Source: Callorhinchus milii (lineage: Eukaryota). From it: 64,000 nucleotides of DNA. A program made the translations under genes and the position numbers. Positions 1 through 13,819 of the stretch are shown here, one piece after another; the stretch's first letter is position 1; every line of letters begins with the position of its first letter. The stretch covers positions 40,488,001 to 40,552,000 of the forward strand of contig NW_024704743.1 of NCBI RefSeq assembly GCF_018977255.1, written 5' to 3'. The notes beneath the pieces were generated by a model, which searched no databases, was not told where the DNA came from, and saw only the letters and a list, made by a program, of their open reading frames with translations.

Positions 1-169
1 CAGTCGTAGATTGAAAATGACCAATTTTTATTATTGTTTTTGGTTTTGGAGGGATTATTATTAGGCGTGTGGAGTAAGGAAACTTGCCCAAGATTTCGCC
101 CTGCCTGGAATTGAACTCAGGTCTCTCGCTTGCAAAGCGAGTGCTCTAACCACTGAGCTACAGGACTCC
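1..169 (-). mobile_element. tRNA-Ala-derived SINE, young short subfamily (5' half; runs off window start)
   Basis: Reverse complement begins GGAGTCCTGTAGCTCAGTGGTTAGAGCACTCGCTTTGCAAGCGAG; nearly identical to copies at 25280 and 40341. Confidence 0.9.
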
Positions 170-244
170 ACAAGGAGGGAGGGGAGGGGTCGATGGTTTC
201 GGATTGTGACATAGTTTGAGTTTGTGAACACACATTCATAAATC

Positions 245-410
245 CAGGGCTTGCAAACCACTTTGATTGGTATGCAGAGGTTCGCTGCTACTCTTGCTCC
301 TCATGATATGTTGCCCCACACCACCCAGGTGAGAATGCACATTGCATTTCAGACATAAGGAAATTTCCGTGTGTCAGTGGCATACATACTCTTAAGCATG
401 ACTGACCCCC
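245..410 (+). repeat. Fragment of unclassified old interspersed repeat (family A)
   Basis: CCAGGTGAGAATGCACATTGCATTTCAGACATAAGGAAATTTCCGTGTGT...ATACTCTTAAGCATG matches 38890-38995 and 50455-50500. Confidence 0.6.
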
Positions 411-1434
411 CCAAAAATCTCTATACCCTGTACCACTTACAGTGTTATAGGAACTTTCCAAACATATTTATGATTAATGAAAATATTTATTTTAACTCTG
501 ATGTTAAATCATTAATATATGGATTTAACAAGTTGAAGGTTAAATCCTTCCTGTGTGCATTCATTTCAAAAGAAAATTCCTTAGACCGCCTAGCATCACA
601 TCCCTACATATCCTTACTGTAGCTTTAATCTCAACATGCATTGGCTACAGAATACAAATTAATTAATGACTAGTAGCCAACCCCATGTCTTGTTCCCCCT
701 CTCCACCCCCCAAACCCCATATGCACATATGCATAGGATGCAACATTATTAATAAACTAATGAATCAGAAGTCAGCCTTATTTTAAGCCAGCTTCAAGTT
801 GCTTCTTGACAGATAATTGTTGAAGTCCACAAGTGAACCAGCATTATAAACCAGAGCATTTTAAAGGGGTTCCATGATACACTTCTCCCTATCACTTGCT
901 GTACTCACAGAATGGAAAACAGTTTTAACTTCTTCCTTTAGCTCAAACGTTCATGCAGAAAAAGTATCTGTTGAATACCCACGTCTTGACCTGGCTTGTT
1001 CTTGCCTTCAAATATTTACATTTTCTGGCTAATCCATTGCCTTAGCAAACATACAGCATGGAATTCAGACAAGATCTCAATTAAGCTTAAGGGCCTCTGA
1101 TTCCTGCTTCTGCTTTTTACTTTGGAAGACAGGAATAATTGTGTTCCCTCTCAAGCTGGCAGGGAAATGGTCAGTAAAATTAATCCAATCAAATAGATTT
1201 GCAAGGGCAAGGTTGCATTACTCAGGATGCATCTCACAAGTCTCAGCAAATAAGCTACAATCTCCTGGAGCTTTGTTTTATTTCACCAATTCCTGTATTT
1301 AGAGCTCTATAACCAATCAAGGCTCTGAAATTAATATTCTTCAGAACTTCTACCTTCCTTTGTTTAAAAACAAGATCCCTATTGAAACACAACCTGTCTC
1401 TAAATCCTCAGCTTTAACCTCTAACATTTAACTA

Positions 1435-1980
1435 AATAAGCCTTGCACTTGATATAACGCCTTTTGGGAGGATATGCTTTAAAGTGTAGTGATTGTGTAC
1501 ATGAAGACAAATGCAGCAGCCAATTTGCAAACAACAATGTCTCACAAATAGCCGTGAATTGATTGACCAATTTATCAGGGAGATTGTTGTTCAACTCCCT
1601 TCCCTTTTGAAATAATGTCATGGGATCTTCAAAGTCCGCTTGAACAGGATGATGGAACCTCAGCTTAACGTTTCATCCACAGGACACCACATCTCACAAA
1701 AAGCACATCCCAACCAACACTGTATTAGAGTATCAGCTTAGACTGTGTTCGATATTGCTTTAATGACTTAATTGGCAATTGGACATTGACAATGAGAAGC
1801 AAGCAAGTATAAAAGGATTCTGGGACAGTAACTGGGCAGATTGTGGAAGTGTAAGGTTTAAATAAAGGATCTAGTGAATCAAAACTGTTTTGGATTTACA
1901 AACTATATGATTTCCAATTCTAGATGCGAGCCTTGAAACCACAAACTTCTGACTCAGAGACGTGAGTGCTACCAACTGAT
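1435..1980 (-). mobile_element. Old tRNA-derived Deu-domain SINE (SacSINE1/AmnSINE-like), decayed and interrupted
   Basis: GCAGCCAATTTGCA Deu-like core, CATGGGATCTT block, head TTCTGACTCAGAGACGTGAGTGCTACCAACTGA; L2-like tail at the left end. Confidence 0.7.
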
Positions 1981-2220
1981 AAATGTTCCTTTAAGCTCGC
2001 CTTTGTTGCTTACCCTTTTTTACCCTCCGAGCAATTTTTAACATGCTTTCTTTTTTGGCCACTGATTTCACATTTCTCACCTGCTGATTATTTTCAACTC
2101 TGCTCTTTGACAAATCTGTCTTAATGTTTTGGGTTTGAAGTTTTTTTTGCTGGTGATGAATTGTTCAAATGATCTGTTGTGACAGTCAGCTCAATCTAGT
2201 GCATTAACTGTTACAGCAAT

Positions 2221-2241
2221 TTAGGGTTAGGGTTAGGGTTA
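2221..2241 (+). repeat. Short interstitial telomeric repeat (TTAGGG)3
   Basis: TTAGGGTTAGGGTTAGGGTTA seen directly. Confidence 0.85.
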
Positions 2242-2769
2242 TTAGAATAATTGCATAATAATTTTGTTCTATTGTGTGTGATTTGAAATTACATTTCATT
2301 TTTGATACTGTAATCATATTCACCTATGTTTACAGACCAATGTCAATTAATGTGCTCTGCATTTCCAGCATTATCTGTTGCTTTTATTTCAGATTCCCAG
2401 AAAGTTCCAGCTTTTAACCTGTGCAACACCAAAGTTCCCCATATTTGCACCGTTGATCACTGTGTGCCAGTTTTAACGCTCTTAAAATCTGTAAATTTCT
2501 TTGTCGGTAAAATTCTGCCATGCAAAATTCCCATATTTTGTTTTTTTGGCAGATGAGATTTCATAAATACTTAATTTTAAAGTGGAATTATTTTTCTTTC
2601 AATGTCTACTATTTTATGCAGACAACCTTACATTGGGTCTGCGAGTGTCCTCAGCCCAAGCATGTATTAATCTATGAGTCGGGATTTTTTTTATTGTGAT
2701 CAGGTGTCAGTGTGATTTAGTTAATCATGTCATGCATATTTATCACTAAGTTCCCTTTTATATTAATAA

Positions 2770-3176
2770 ATAATAATCCTTGTGTTTGATGCAGTGCCAT
2801 ATCATGTTGTCTCAATGTATCCATGTGCTCTACAACAATTTACTGTCAAATATAGGGATTGTATTTTGAAGGCAAACATGGCAGCCAATTTGTGTATAGC
2901 TTTGTCGATTGAACAGCCATGAATTTTTATCTGGGGGGCTTGTCGTCAGGACATGGGATAAACTCTCTTCACTTTGTAAAAAGTACTATGAGATCTTTAA
3001 TACTCACCTGAACAAACAGATTGAAACTTGGTTTAATGACTTATCCGAATGACAGCAGTTCCAACAGTGCAGCACATCCCAAGCAGTTTATTGGAGTATT
3101 TACTTAGATTGTGGGGCTTGAAACCTCAACCTTATGATTCAGAGTTGAGAGTGCTACCAACTGAGTCAGGTTGACA
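2770..3176 (-). mobile_element. Old Deu-domain SINE, near full length
   Basis: Tail AATAATCCTTG..., core GGCAGCCAATTTGTG, head GAGTGCTACCAACTGAGTCAGGTTGACA. Confidence 0.75.
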
Positions 3177-3301
3177 ATTGAATCGCACTATATATGTTTT
3201 AACTATAGCACAGGTCACTTTGGTGCTTTTGGTTGAATCGAAATGGATTTCAATGCAATCATCTTTCACAAATGATTTGATATCATCCTATAGAGTCCTG
3301 T

Positions 3302-3612
3302 GGAGTTCTGTAGCTCAGTGGTTACAGCACTTGCTTTGGAAGCGAAAGACCTGGATTCGATTCCCAGCAGGGTGAAGCCTTGGGCAAGTTTCCTTACCTC
3401 ACACGCCTGATAATAATCCCTCAAGAAAAAAAACAATAATAAATTTGTAATTTCAATCCACGTCTGTTTGTGGGACACTGCTGTGCACAATTGGCTGCCG
3501 CATTTCACCCACAAATATACAGTCAATTCACTTTACAGTATATTCTGCGAAGCGCTTTGAGACGTCTAGAAGACATCTCAAAGCGCTATATCAAATGCAA
3601 TAATTATAATTA
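3302..3612 (+). mobile_element. tRNA-Ala-derived SINE, intermediate short subfamily, full length
   Basis: A box TAGCTCAGTGG, B box GGATTCGATTCC, Deu-like core GGGACACTGCTGTGCACAATTGGCTGCCGC, tail AAGCGCTATATCAAATGCAA. Confidence 0.9.
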
Positions 3613-4599
3613 TATCTGAAAGGACAATGTTTTCATATGTGCAGTATGGCAGAGCCAATATTTGCATTTATTGGGTTCTCCACTGTATTGTATTTTATTC
3701 CATTTTACTGTTCTGGCGTACTGTTACTGGCAACTTTTTTCCAGGTTACTAATTTACAAAACAAAACACATAGACAGGTAGAGGGAATTTAGGCACTGAT
3801 ACTGCATTATAACCCACATTCTCTCTACAAGGTTTCAATGCCCCAGTTGACATTAAAATTGGATTAGGTTCTACAGTATGAATAGTACCAAATGCCTTCA
3901 TTAATGAATGAGCAAATGAAAGTTGCAGGTCTCGGTTAAACCTCCACACGGATTATAAAATACTTGCTGTCTGAATTCTTAGACAGACTGCTAACTTTTA
4001 TTCAGAATTTTTAAGAGATTGCGACAAATCCTGCTCGAATGTATATCAATTTATCTTCAATATCATTATTAGAAACAACAATAAATCCCATTATTTACAC
4101 TTCAAAAATTGATAAATTATCAGCAGTGACAGCAATCCCAATGGAGCTTGTGTTGAAGTACCACTTACCTTTCAGAGGAAGAATCATGCAAACCTCTCTA
4201 TTTTCTCATTCCAAACCAAGAGGCAAATTATGCTTAACAGTTCAGTGACATGCAGTTGCCATGATTTATTCAAGAACATTGTTAATTGAAATATTTTGTC
4301 ATAGAACAAAACCTGCTTGCAATATTTCCCTCCACTTAGGTACATTATTGTTTTTCTATAAGGTTAGACACAGAAATAATGTATCATCTGATTGAGCAAA
4401 GTTCCCAAGTTCCCTATGGAATATACAAAGCACAAAGTCGCACACAGCTGTCAATGTAATGGAAAATAAATGAAACATTGAAAAGTGAATAATTGATTAA
4501 TTAACTAAGAATTGAATTTTATTTTGATAAAATATACACTGTTGTATGTACACTAAATTGTAACAATACTGTGCAATAACAGTAAATCTGAAAATGATA

Positions 4600-4922
4600 A
4601 TAATAATATAATAATAATAATCCTTGCATTTGATATTGTGCTTCTAATGTCTTCTAGACGTCTCAAAGTGCTTTACAGAATATACTGTAAAATTAATTGA
4701 CTGTATATTTGTGGGTGAAACGCGGCAGCCAATTGTGCACAGCAGTGTCCCACAAACAGTTGTGTATTGAAGTGACCAATTTATTACATTATTTTTTTCT
4801 TGAGGGATTATTATCAGGTGTGTGGAGTAAGAAAATTTGCCCAAGGTTTCACCCTGCCGGGAATCGAACCCAGGTTTGTCAGTTGTGAGGCGAGTGCTCT
4901 AACCACTGAGCCACAGGACTCC
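4600..4922 (-). mobile_element. tRNA-Ala-derived SINE, intermediate short subfamily, full length
   Basis: Reverse-complement match to 3302-3612, with (TAA)n tail at the left. Confidence 0.9.
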
Positions 4923-5356
4923 ACTAATTATAAATCAATCTTGTAAAATCTTCATTATGAAATGAAATGCAAGTTTCACACAGACTATAATTTGCATTAA
5001 TATTACATCAGATGGATGAAGAGAATACATTCAAGATATATCTTAAAAGGAATTACAGGTACTTCAATAAAAATTCTGAGTTGGGCCACAGAGTAACTGC
5101 TAATCTGAGGGAATTTTGCTGTGATAATTTAGTTTAGGAGGGAACTTCTTGAAGATCTTGAAAGATTTGCTGCAAATTTATACTAAAAATGTAAACCATT
5201 CATGTACAGATTGTGAACACTGGAATGGATGTTTAGCGCTACAGGCTGTTTTGATGAAAAAAATGATTTCCGCCAACCCTAATTATAATGTGAAACTTGT
5301 TAATAGTTAACTTGTGAAGAAGTCCTGGACTTCTTTATGTCTAAGATAGATAACAT

Positions 5357-6630
5357 CTGCCTCCTCCACCTCCTCCCTCACCCCCATTCCTCCTTCATTA
5401 CCCTCTCCTCCTATTATGGCGCCTACCACAATCCCCAACCTACACTCCTTTGCCTCCATCTCTTCCAGCTTCTGGTCACTCAACTCCCCCTCCTCTGGCC
5501 ACTGCTAGCTGACAAAATCAACCAGTCCCTCTCCTCAAGCTCTGTCCCATTACCGTCAAAACAGCTGTCGTCACTACTCTTCTTAAAAAATCTAACATTG
5601 ATCCTTCCAACCTCACAAACTTCAGACGCATCTCAAACCTGCCTTTCCTGGCGAAAGTTTATGAATGCGTCATTGCAAAGCAACTTCACAACTCCCTACT
5701 AGAATCCCTCCAATCAGTTTTTCATCCTGCCAACAGCACATAGGCAGCCCTCATCAAAGTAACAAATGAAATCCTCTCTCTCTGTGACCAGGGATCCCTC
5801 TGCCTCTTAATTCTCTTGGACATCTATGCCGCGTTCGACACTGTCAATCATGCCATTCTCCTCCACTGCCTTTACTCCCTTATCTACCTTAAGGGGATCG
5901 CACTCGCATGGTTCGAGTCCTACTTAACAAACCGCCCAACAATCATCTTGGCAAATGTTTTTTCCTTCCGCAACCGCCCGGTTTCCTTATCTATGTGCTC
6001 CCTCTCAACGATGTCATCCGCAGACATGCAGTCAACTTCCACATGTATGTGGATGACACACACATCTACTTCTCCTCCAGCTGCGAATCTCAGTCCGCTG
6101 ATGTCCTGTCAACTTGTCTGACAGACGTCAAGGACCGTTGAGAGCAAATTTCTTGCAGCTGAATGTTGTCAAGACGGAAGCCATACTCTTTCGCTCCCAT
6201 TAACATCTTGTCTCCAATGGGTCTGAACTCCTCAACCTTCCCGGGCTCTCCTTCAGACTCACCAAACCTGTGTGCAATTTAGGGGTCCGGTTCGATCCCC
6301 AGTTTATCTTCTACCCTCACATCCATTCCCTGACCAGGACTGCTCTTTTCCACCTCCGTTTCATTGCCCGCCTCCGTCTGTACCTCACAACCGATGCAAC
6401 CAAAACACTCATCCACACCTACGTCACTTTCCAGCTGGACTATTCCAATGCCTTCCTCGCTGGTCTCCTCAGCTCCACCGTACACAAAAGTAAATTAATT
6501 GAAAACTCCGCTGCCCAGATTCTCACTCATTAAACTCTGTAACTGATCACACCAGTCCTTACCAGGCTCCACTGGCCCACAATTACTGAATGGGTTGATT
6601 TCAAGATCCTCTCAATCGTTTTCAAATCAG
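5357..6630 (+). mobile_element. L2 LINE fragment, decayed ORF2 reverse transcriptase
   Basis: Broken ORFs give AAFDTVNHAILL, WFESYL, FHMYVDDTHIY (YADD motif), NLGVRFD, HTYVTFQLDYSNAFLAGL. Confidence 0.9.
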
Positions 6631-9600
6631 TCCGAGTCGGGCATCAGATATGGGGTTGAAAACCACATAACTAAAACTCCTTGACATTTTCATTTCCTGA
6701 CAAATTTGTACCTCACTTTTTTCTGTTCCTTCTTACAATGGGGTGCCCAAAGTTAGGCATAATATGCAACAGACTTATATAAGTTCATCTTTAGCTCCTC
6801 TCCTTGCTTCAGTATTTGCTCTATGTCCTTAAATTCTTAAACATGGATTCTGTTTGCTTTCTACAGGCTTTATCTCCAATGTGCTGACACTTTTAATGAC
6901 CTGTGTATCAAGACACATTGCTGCTTTTTGTAATTTATACTTAGATTGCTTCGACTTTTCATTTTTGACATTGAACTACATCAACTACATCTTCTAGCTA
7001 TCTTTCAGGTTCTTTGTGAAATGTTTAATACCTCAAATGCTGATTCACAAAGCTCAGAAAATATTCTAATGCAACATTTAGTCTTGGTTCAGAACATTTG
7101 CTCATAGATTGGAATTCTTCCCTCAAGAGAACAGCAGAACGTAATGAAAATCACCTGATTAGCAGTTTATGTAGCTTGCCTTTGAGCAAACTTTAATTAG
7201 CCAGCAGGCTCAGGCTGAGAATGAATATGGAGATAAACTAGACTTCATATTCTCCAACAGATTAACCTGCTACTCAGAGCCACCACCCTCTTTCACCCAT
7301 CCTTGTATCATTTTCCTACTGTCAATTATGTGGCAGTGAGCACGGAGAAAAAAATAAGCAATAAGATGAGGACTTGTTACTAATATTTTCTGCTCATCTA
7401 AAATTGTTTCCAATATATTTTTGATTATATTGCACTTGCAGAAAATCAAAGAATTCGAAAATAAGACACACGAAGCATTGTCCGTACTAAAATTCTTAAT
7501 CTAGTGTATAAATAATAATTCTTGCATGGTCAAATAAAAATGGCCATTCACTTCTTGGCTGTTTGTCAGACTTTGATGTGTGTAAATTGGCTTGCCTACA
7601 AAGATGCAGTTACTACATGACACAGTAATATTCTATGAAGTGCTTTGAGATATCTTAAAAATGTGATAAGGTGCTATATTAAATACAAGAATTATAATAT
7701 TATAAATGTCCAGTCAGTGATATAGTGTAGTTTAATAATTTAGCTATCCACAATTAAAATAATTGAGTTTGAATTCCCATTAGTATTCAACAAACACTGG
7801 TTGACAGCTTCTTTGCCCGTCAATCATCTTGCACTCCTAACTTAGTTAAGATGGGCATCTTTCGTTCTCAACAACAAAGAAGATTACATTTGTATATGGC
7901 CTTTCCCTTTGAGAGGATGCTCCAAGGCTTGAAATTTAATTTGACAAATTCCTATTGATTTTATGCTCTGATAAAATTTTACGAAATGATTTAACATCAG
8001 AAAAATATATAATTTTTGTAATTTTCATACTTCTATCAATGGTAACAGTAGAAACATCGAATGGGGTGGCCTCTTGAGGTTGAGATGAAGGATGAGATTG
8101 GACATTACATGTATCACTTAACAGTCATGATTGACAGGAGTTACTTTGTCAAAATTCCCAGGATGAAACTTTTGAAATGCTTTGAAGTCCTTACAAAATA
8201 GGCTGTGTTTGGTAAATTATAATTTTTGTCCCTACTTTTGTCTATTTCTGAGCAGTAGAGGAAGAAATCTGAAATGTGGAGGTGCGGCCTCTACCAAAGT
8301 TACTTATACGATATATATATATATATAGGTTACCTGAGAAAGCAAATGTTTTATTTCCCCAGGTACTTTAACTAAGTCATGAAGTTTGTAACCCTTATAT
8401 GAGAGTGTGAGGAACAGTACTTCAAATCTGTTTCAGGAAATGTTACACCATGTTTCTGTTCAGTTTTGCTGTCTGTCAGTCACTTGTAATCCTTGCCTTC
8501 AATTAAGGGAGAGGGGGTTTGAAAAAGGTTTAAAAGTGTTTAGGATTCTATCACAATATCTTACAGGAGCAGAGTTGGGGAAGCATAACCTTCTTAGGTA
8601 CTTGTGACAGATTAGGTCTGCTTTGAATGCTTCATGTCATTTTTTTTGTGTTGCTGGCTCCCAGAATTAAATTCTCCTAAACACTTTTTAGTGTTCACCA
8701 TGCCAGTTCCGAATTTGTACCTTTAGGATTCATACTCTGCTGTGAAATGGAGCCAATTGATTTGCTCCCACCCATATCTTTAATTCCAGTAAGTTCATGA
8801 GCATTGTTACTCATCCATGTTGGTCTGCATAACCTTATGCAGGTTTCTATTCTATGGAATTTATGTAGATTAATACTTCAAAGATTTCTTCCTAATTGCA
8901 TCTCCCACGGTGTTGCCTTTGCACTGCCCTAGTAAAACTTTGCCTTTATCTCCACATACTGTCCACACACCCAGCAGAGCACAGCATGCAAGATAATAAT
9001 TGAGACATACATGGTGGCGATTTTACTAAAATCAAGTGATATTTATGATGTGTAGCTCATTATAACAATGTAATAGTGAGAAGAAGTGATTTTTTTCCTG
9101 TTTCTTCTGATGACTAGTTGCATAAACAGTGGTGCCCAGATCAAAGTAATTGCCAGGGATTGTGAACACCAATTTCAAACCCATTGTTCCGAACAACGTA
9201 ACTCAGCTGTAAGTAAAATAATTCATCACACATAGTATGTATTTTGATTCATCCATGTTGCAAAGTAATAAGAGCCAGAAAAGTGTATTTTTTTAATTTG
9301 AGGACATATTCTGATCATACTGATCAGATCATAATCTGATCAGATTATTTAAATGCAAGTGAAAAGATTATTATTGACGAATGAAATGATCTGTGTTAGA
9401 TCTTGCCTTTTAACCTACATCCATATGGGTTACATTTACTGAAGTTTTACAAGACTGGATTAGAAAAATCTTTTAACAAATTATATATTATGCTCCTTAT
9501 AATAATAATAATTATCTTTGCATTTAATATAGTACCTTTTCACATCTTCTATCTTGATATCATATACACAGTCACTACACTTTGCAGTTTATCCATTAAT

Positions 9601-9689
9601 CCTATGAAGAGCTTTGCAATGCCCTCCTGACATGAAAGTCATTGTATTAAATGCAAGTATTATCATTAGAATTTATACATTATTACAGA

Positions 9690-11149
9690 TGTTAAATATG
9701 GTTTCTGTTGATTGGAAGGTCACAAACGTAACACGGCTATTTAAGAAGAGTGGGAGAGAAAAAATGGGGAACTATAGACCAATTAGCCTGACATCGGTGG
9801 TAGGAAAAATTCTAGAGTCTAAATTAGGGACGTCATCGTGTGGCACTTAGAAAGTCATAATACGATTACGCTGAGTCAACACGGTTTTATGAAAGATAAA
9901 TCGTGTTTAACAAATCTTTTGAAGATGTAATTAGTTGCTTAGATAGGGGCGAACCAAAGGATAAAGAGTACTTGGATTTTCAGAAGGCATTCAACAAGGT
10001 GCCACATAAAAGATTGTTACTTAAGATTAGGGCTCATGGAATTAAGGGTAATATATTAGCATGGAGCGAAAAATGGTTAACAGGCAGAAAACAGAGAGGA
10101 GGGATAAACGGGTCCTTCTCAGATTGGCAGGTTGTGACTAGTAGAGTGCCACAAGGATCAGTGCTTGGGCCTCATCTGTATACAGTCTACATCAATGCCT
10201 TAGATGAGAAAATAGAGCTCAATATATCTAAATTTGCCGACGATACAAAGCTAGGTGGGAAAGTAAGCTCTGAGGAGGACACAAGGAGGATACAAAGGGG
10301 TATAGACAGTTTAAGTGAATGGGCAAGAAGGTGGCAGAATAAGTATAATGTGGGGAAGTGTGAAGTTATTCACCTAGATAGAAAACATAGAAAAGCAGAT
10401 TATTTTCTAGAGGGGGAGAGACTAGATAGTGTTAGTATTCAGAGGGATTTAGGTGTCCTTGTACACCAGTCACAGAAAGTTAGTTTGTAGGTACAGTAAG
10501 CAATTAGGAAGGTTAATAACATGTTAGCTTTTATTGCAAAGGGGCTATATTGCAAGAGTAGGGAAGTCTTGCTGCAATTGTATGCACAGGTGAGACCGCA
10601 CCTGGAATATTGTGTGCAGTTTTGTTCTCCTTATCTAAGTATGGATATACGCGTCTTAGAGGGGCTGCAACGAAGGTTCACTGGGTTGGTTCCTGGGATG
10701 TGGGTTTGACCTATGAGGAGAGGTTGAGTAGACTAGACCTATATTCTATAGAATTAGGGGTGATCTCATAGAAACCTATAAGATTCTTAAGGGTTTTGAC
10801 AGGGTAGATTGTGTGAGACTGTTCCCCCTGGTTGGAGAATCTAAAACTAGGGGTAATAGTATCAGGATTAAAAATCAGCCCTTTAGAACTGAGTTGAGAA
10901 AACATTTCTTTACTCAGAGGGTAATGAATTTATGGAATTCTCTATCCCAGAAGGCTGTAAATGCTCAGTTATTGAACATATTCAAGACTGAGATTGATAG
11001 ATTTTTAAAAATAAAGGGATTAAGGGATATGGGGATAGGGCGGGTGAATGGAATTAGGTTAGAAGATCAGCAATGATCTTATTAAATTGACAGGGCAGTC
11101 TCGAGGGGCCGAGTGGCCTACTCCTGCTCCTATTTCTTATGTTCTTATG
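9690..11149 (+). mobile_element. CR1 LINE, 5'-truncated, decayed RT plus intact 3' end
   Basis: GNYRPISLTSVVGKILES, YLDFQKAFNKVPH, VPQGSVLGP, SKFADDTKLGG, RPHLEYCVQF, FFTQRVMNLWNSL; 3' end GGCCTACTCCTGCTCCTATTTCTTATGTTCTTATG. Confidence 0.95.
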
Positions 11150-11157
11150 CTGCCAAT

Positions 11158-11546
11158 GAAGTACTGTAGCTTAGTGGTAAGAAGCACTCGCCTCGCAAGT
11201 GAGAGGACTTGGGTTCGATTCACTTGCTAGGCGATATGCTGGGCAAGTTTCCTTACTCCACATGCCTCAGTTTACCTTGCATTAAATTGAAACCTGGTTG
11301 TTAGTCAATTAGCGCATTGCTTTACCGGGGGTAATACTCACTTCAAAACTAAATACATAATAATTTGGTCACTCAATCCATGATTGTTTATGAGACACTG
11401 TTGTGTGCAATTGGCTGCCGCATTTCAGTCAATTTACAAATTAGAGTCAACTCACTTTATAGTATATTCTGTGAAGCGCTTTGAGACGTCTAGAAGATGT
11501 GATAAGGTGCTATATCAAATGCAAGGATTATTAGGCGTATTATTAC
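11158..11546 (+). mobile_element. tRNA-derived SINE, long (older) subfamily
   Basis: Same head and tail as short copies plus internal block GCCTCAGTTTACC...GTTAGTCAATTAG...GGGGGTAATA. Confidence 0.85.
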
Positions 11547-12059
11547 TAACATTTAAAAAAAAAAAATTATATCAAAATGTCAGAGCAAAGAATGTTATAA
11601 TAATAATATTATAATTCTTGCATATGACATATTGCCATTCACATTAGGAGGATGTCCCAAAGTGCTTCACAGGTTATACTGTAAAGTATTATCTTTTGAG
11701 ACATGCAAAACACAGCTTTTTTTCTGCAGTTCTTTAAATATCCAAATTAGGATTAAATTTATGCATTTTCTACAGATGTATACATTATTAAATTATAAGA
11801 CAAAATGGACCTGCAGTCTAAGTTTTAGATGGAATTTTGTGTCTCAATGTTCCAATCAATGACTGTCATGGATCAACTTCTGACTCCTCCAAATTATTAA
11901 AATAGTTGACGCAAAGCCGCTGGCTACAGCGATTGGGTTGGCCGATGGAAACTTTAAACCTGCCATCGTGTGGATCTCAGCATTTCAGTACTAAGTGAAG
12001 GTGTGGGGGCTAAAGGCTTAACTCCACTTTTAAAGACTAGCCTACTGTCCCTGGAAAAA

Positions 12060-13572
12060 AATCGTCCCCCCGCACCCCCCCACCGTTCCGCTGACTCCTC
12101 GCCCTCTGGGCTTCCTCCCACAATGAACTATCCTCCTTGGTCACTATATTCCACCATTCTCAGTGCCCTTGCTCCCCACTTCCCAAACTGGCTCCTACTC
12201 ACGGAAGTCACCCTGGTACACCAGCCACCTCCACTCCCTCAAGGCAAAGGTGTGTGCCGCTGAATGCACCTGGCTCAAATCTAATTTAACGGTCCATTGG
12301 CAGATCTGGCTGAACCTTATCAAGACTTACTCCTCTGCCCTCGCCTCCCCTAAATTGTTGTTCTACTCCAAGGACAAACCCAGGCTCCTCTTCTCAATCA
12401 TCAACCAGCTCCTCTGCCCACTTTCTCATGCCTCCCCATCCTCTCCTTCAACGCCAACTGCAAGGTGATGCTGGACTTCCACAAACCAAAGTCGATGCTA
12501 GTCCACTCAACTCCCTCTGCCTTTCCGTCTACCACTCCCCTCCCCATCTCTCCCTCAAATCATGGTCCCTACCCATCCCTCCCTCCACAACTTCAAAACC
12601 TGACTCCCTCTTGTCTCTCACCACAACTATAACCCACAAGAAACCGACCAGATGCTCCCTCGACTCCATCCCTACCCCTGTCCTTACCTCCTAGCTCCAC
12701 CTCCTTGCCCCTCTTCTTACAGATATCATAAGTCTCTCCCTTTCGACTGGTAGTGACTCTCAAATCACCAACGCATCTCCAACCTCCATTTCCTTTCCAG
12801 GGTCCTGCAATGAATTGTTGTTTTGCTCCACCCTATGTTGCCACTCCCATCCCGAACCCCTCCAATTTGGTTTCCGTGCTGCCCACAGCACAGAAACAGC
12901 TTTCGTCAAAGTGACAAATGACATTTTGTCCATCTATGACCAGGGCTCCCTCTGCCTCCTTGTACTCCTTGACGTTTCTGCTGTCTTCAATACTGGTGAC
13001 CACTCTATCCTCTTCCACTGTCTCTCCTCTCACCTCAACCTTCATGGTTCTGTCCTTGAATGGTTCAGATCCTACCTCTCACACCGCCTCAACCTTATTT
13101 CTACATACGGTTTCTCCTCTAGCTCCTGCATTGTCTCATGTAGTGTTCCTTAGGACTCTGTCCTTGGTCCCCTCCTCTTCAATAACTATATGCTCCCTTT
13201 CGGTGACATCATCTGCAGACATGGGGTCAACTTCCACTTGTATGCGGATGACACCCAACTTTATTTCTCTGCCTCCACCCTCGGCTCCAGAACCACTGCT
13301 GTCCTGACAGAGTGTCTGTCAGACATCAAGTCCTGGATGAGAGCTAACTTTCTATAGTTGAACATCAACAAAACCGAGGCTCTCCTGATTGGCTCCCATC
13401 AGCGGCTCCTCACCTCAGGCGCTGACAGCATCACCATCCATGCTTACACACTCCACCTTCCTAAGCCAGCCCGAAACCTTGGCATTTTGTTTGACCCTTA
13501 ACTATCCTTTCTACCCCACATCCGTGCCATGACCCGCTCTGCCTTTCCCCACCTCCGCAACATCGCCTGGCT
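12060..13572 (+). mobile_element. L2 LINE fragment, ORF2 with RT, 3' end missing
   Basis: LQFGFRAAHSTETAFVKVTND, LLVLLDVSAVFNT, WFRSYL, and TATGCGGATGAC (YADD) near 13240; stops and frameshifts. Confidence 0.92.
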
Positions 13573-13573
13573 G

Positions 13574-13819
13574 GTCAGGGGAAACTCTCTTCCGGTTTCG
13601 AAAAGTGCCATGAAATCTTTAATGTTTACCTAAAGTAAATGGAACTTCGATTTAATATCTCATTCAAAGGACGGTTCCTCCACATATGCGGAGTTAAGTT
13701 TCCTAGCACTGATTAGGTGTCAACCTAGTGTGTGAGGTTTAAAGTCCCCAACATGGGGTTTGAATCCCAAGCCTGCTGACTCAGAGGCAAGAGTGCTACC
13801 AACTGAGTCAGGCTGACAA
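13574..13819 (-). mobile_element. Old Deu-type SINE, 5' half
   Basis: Head GACTCAGAGGCAAGAGTGCTACCAACTGAGTCAGGCTGACA, matches 3120-3176. Confidence 0.75.

Noticed and set aside
9310..9350. 18-bp palindrome ATAATCTGATCAGATTAT
   Set aside because: Likely local slippage of a TGATCA motif; no other support.
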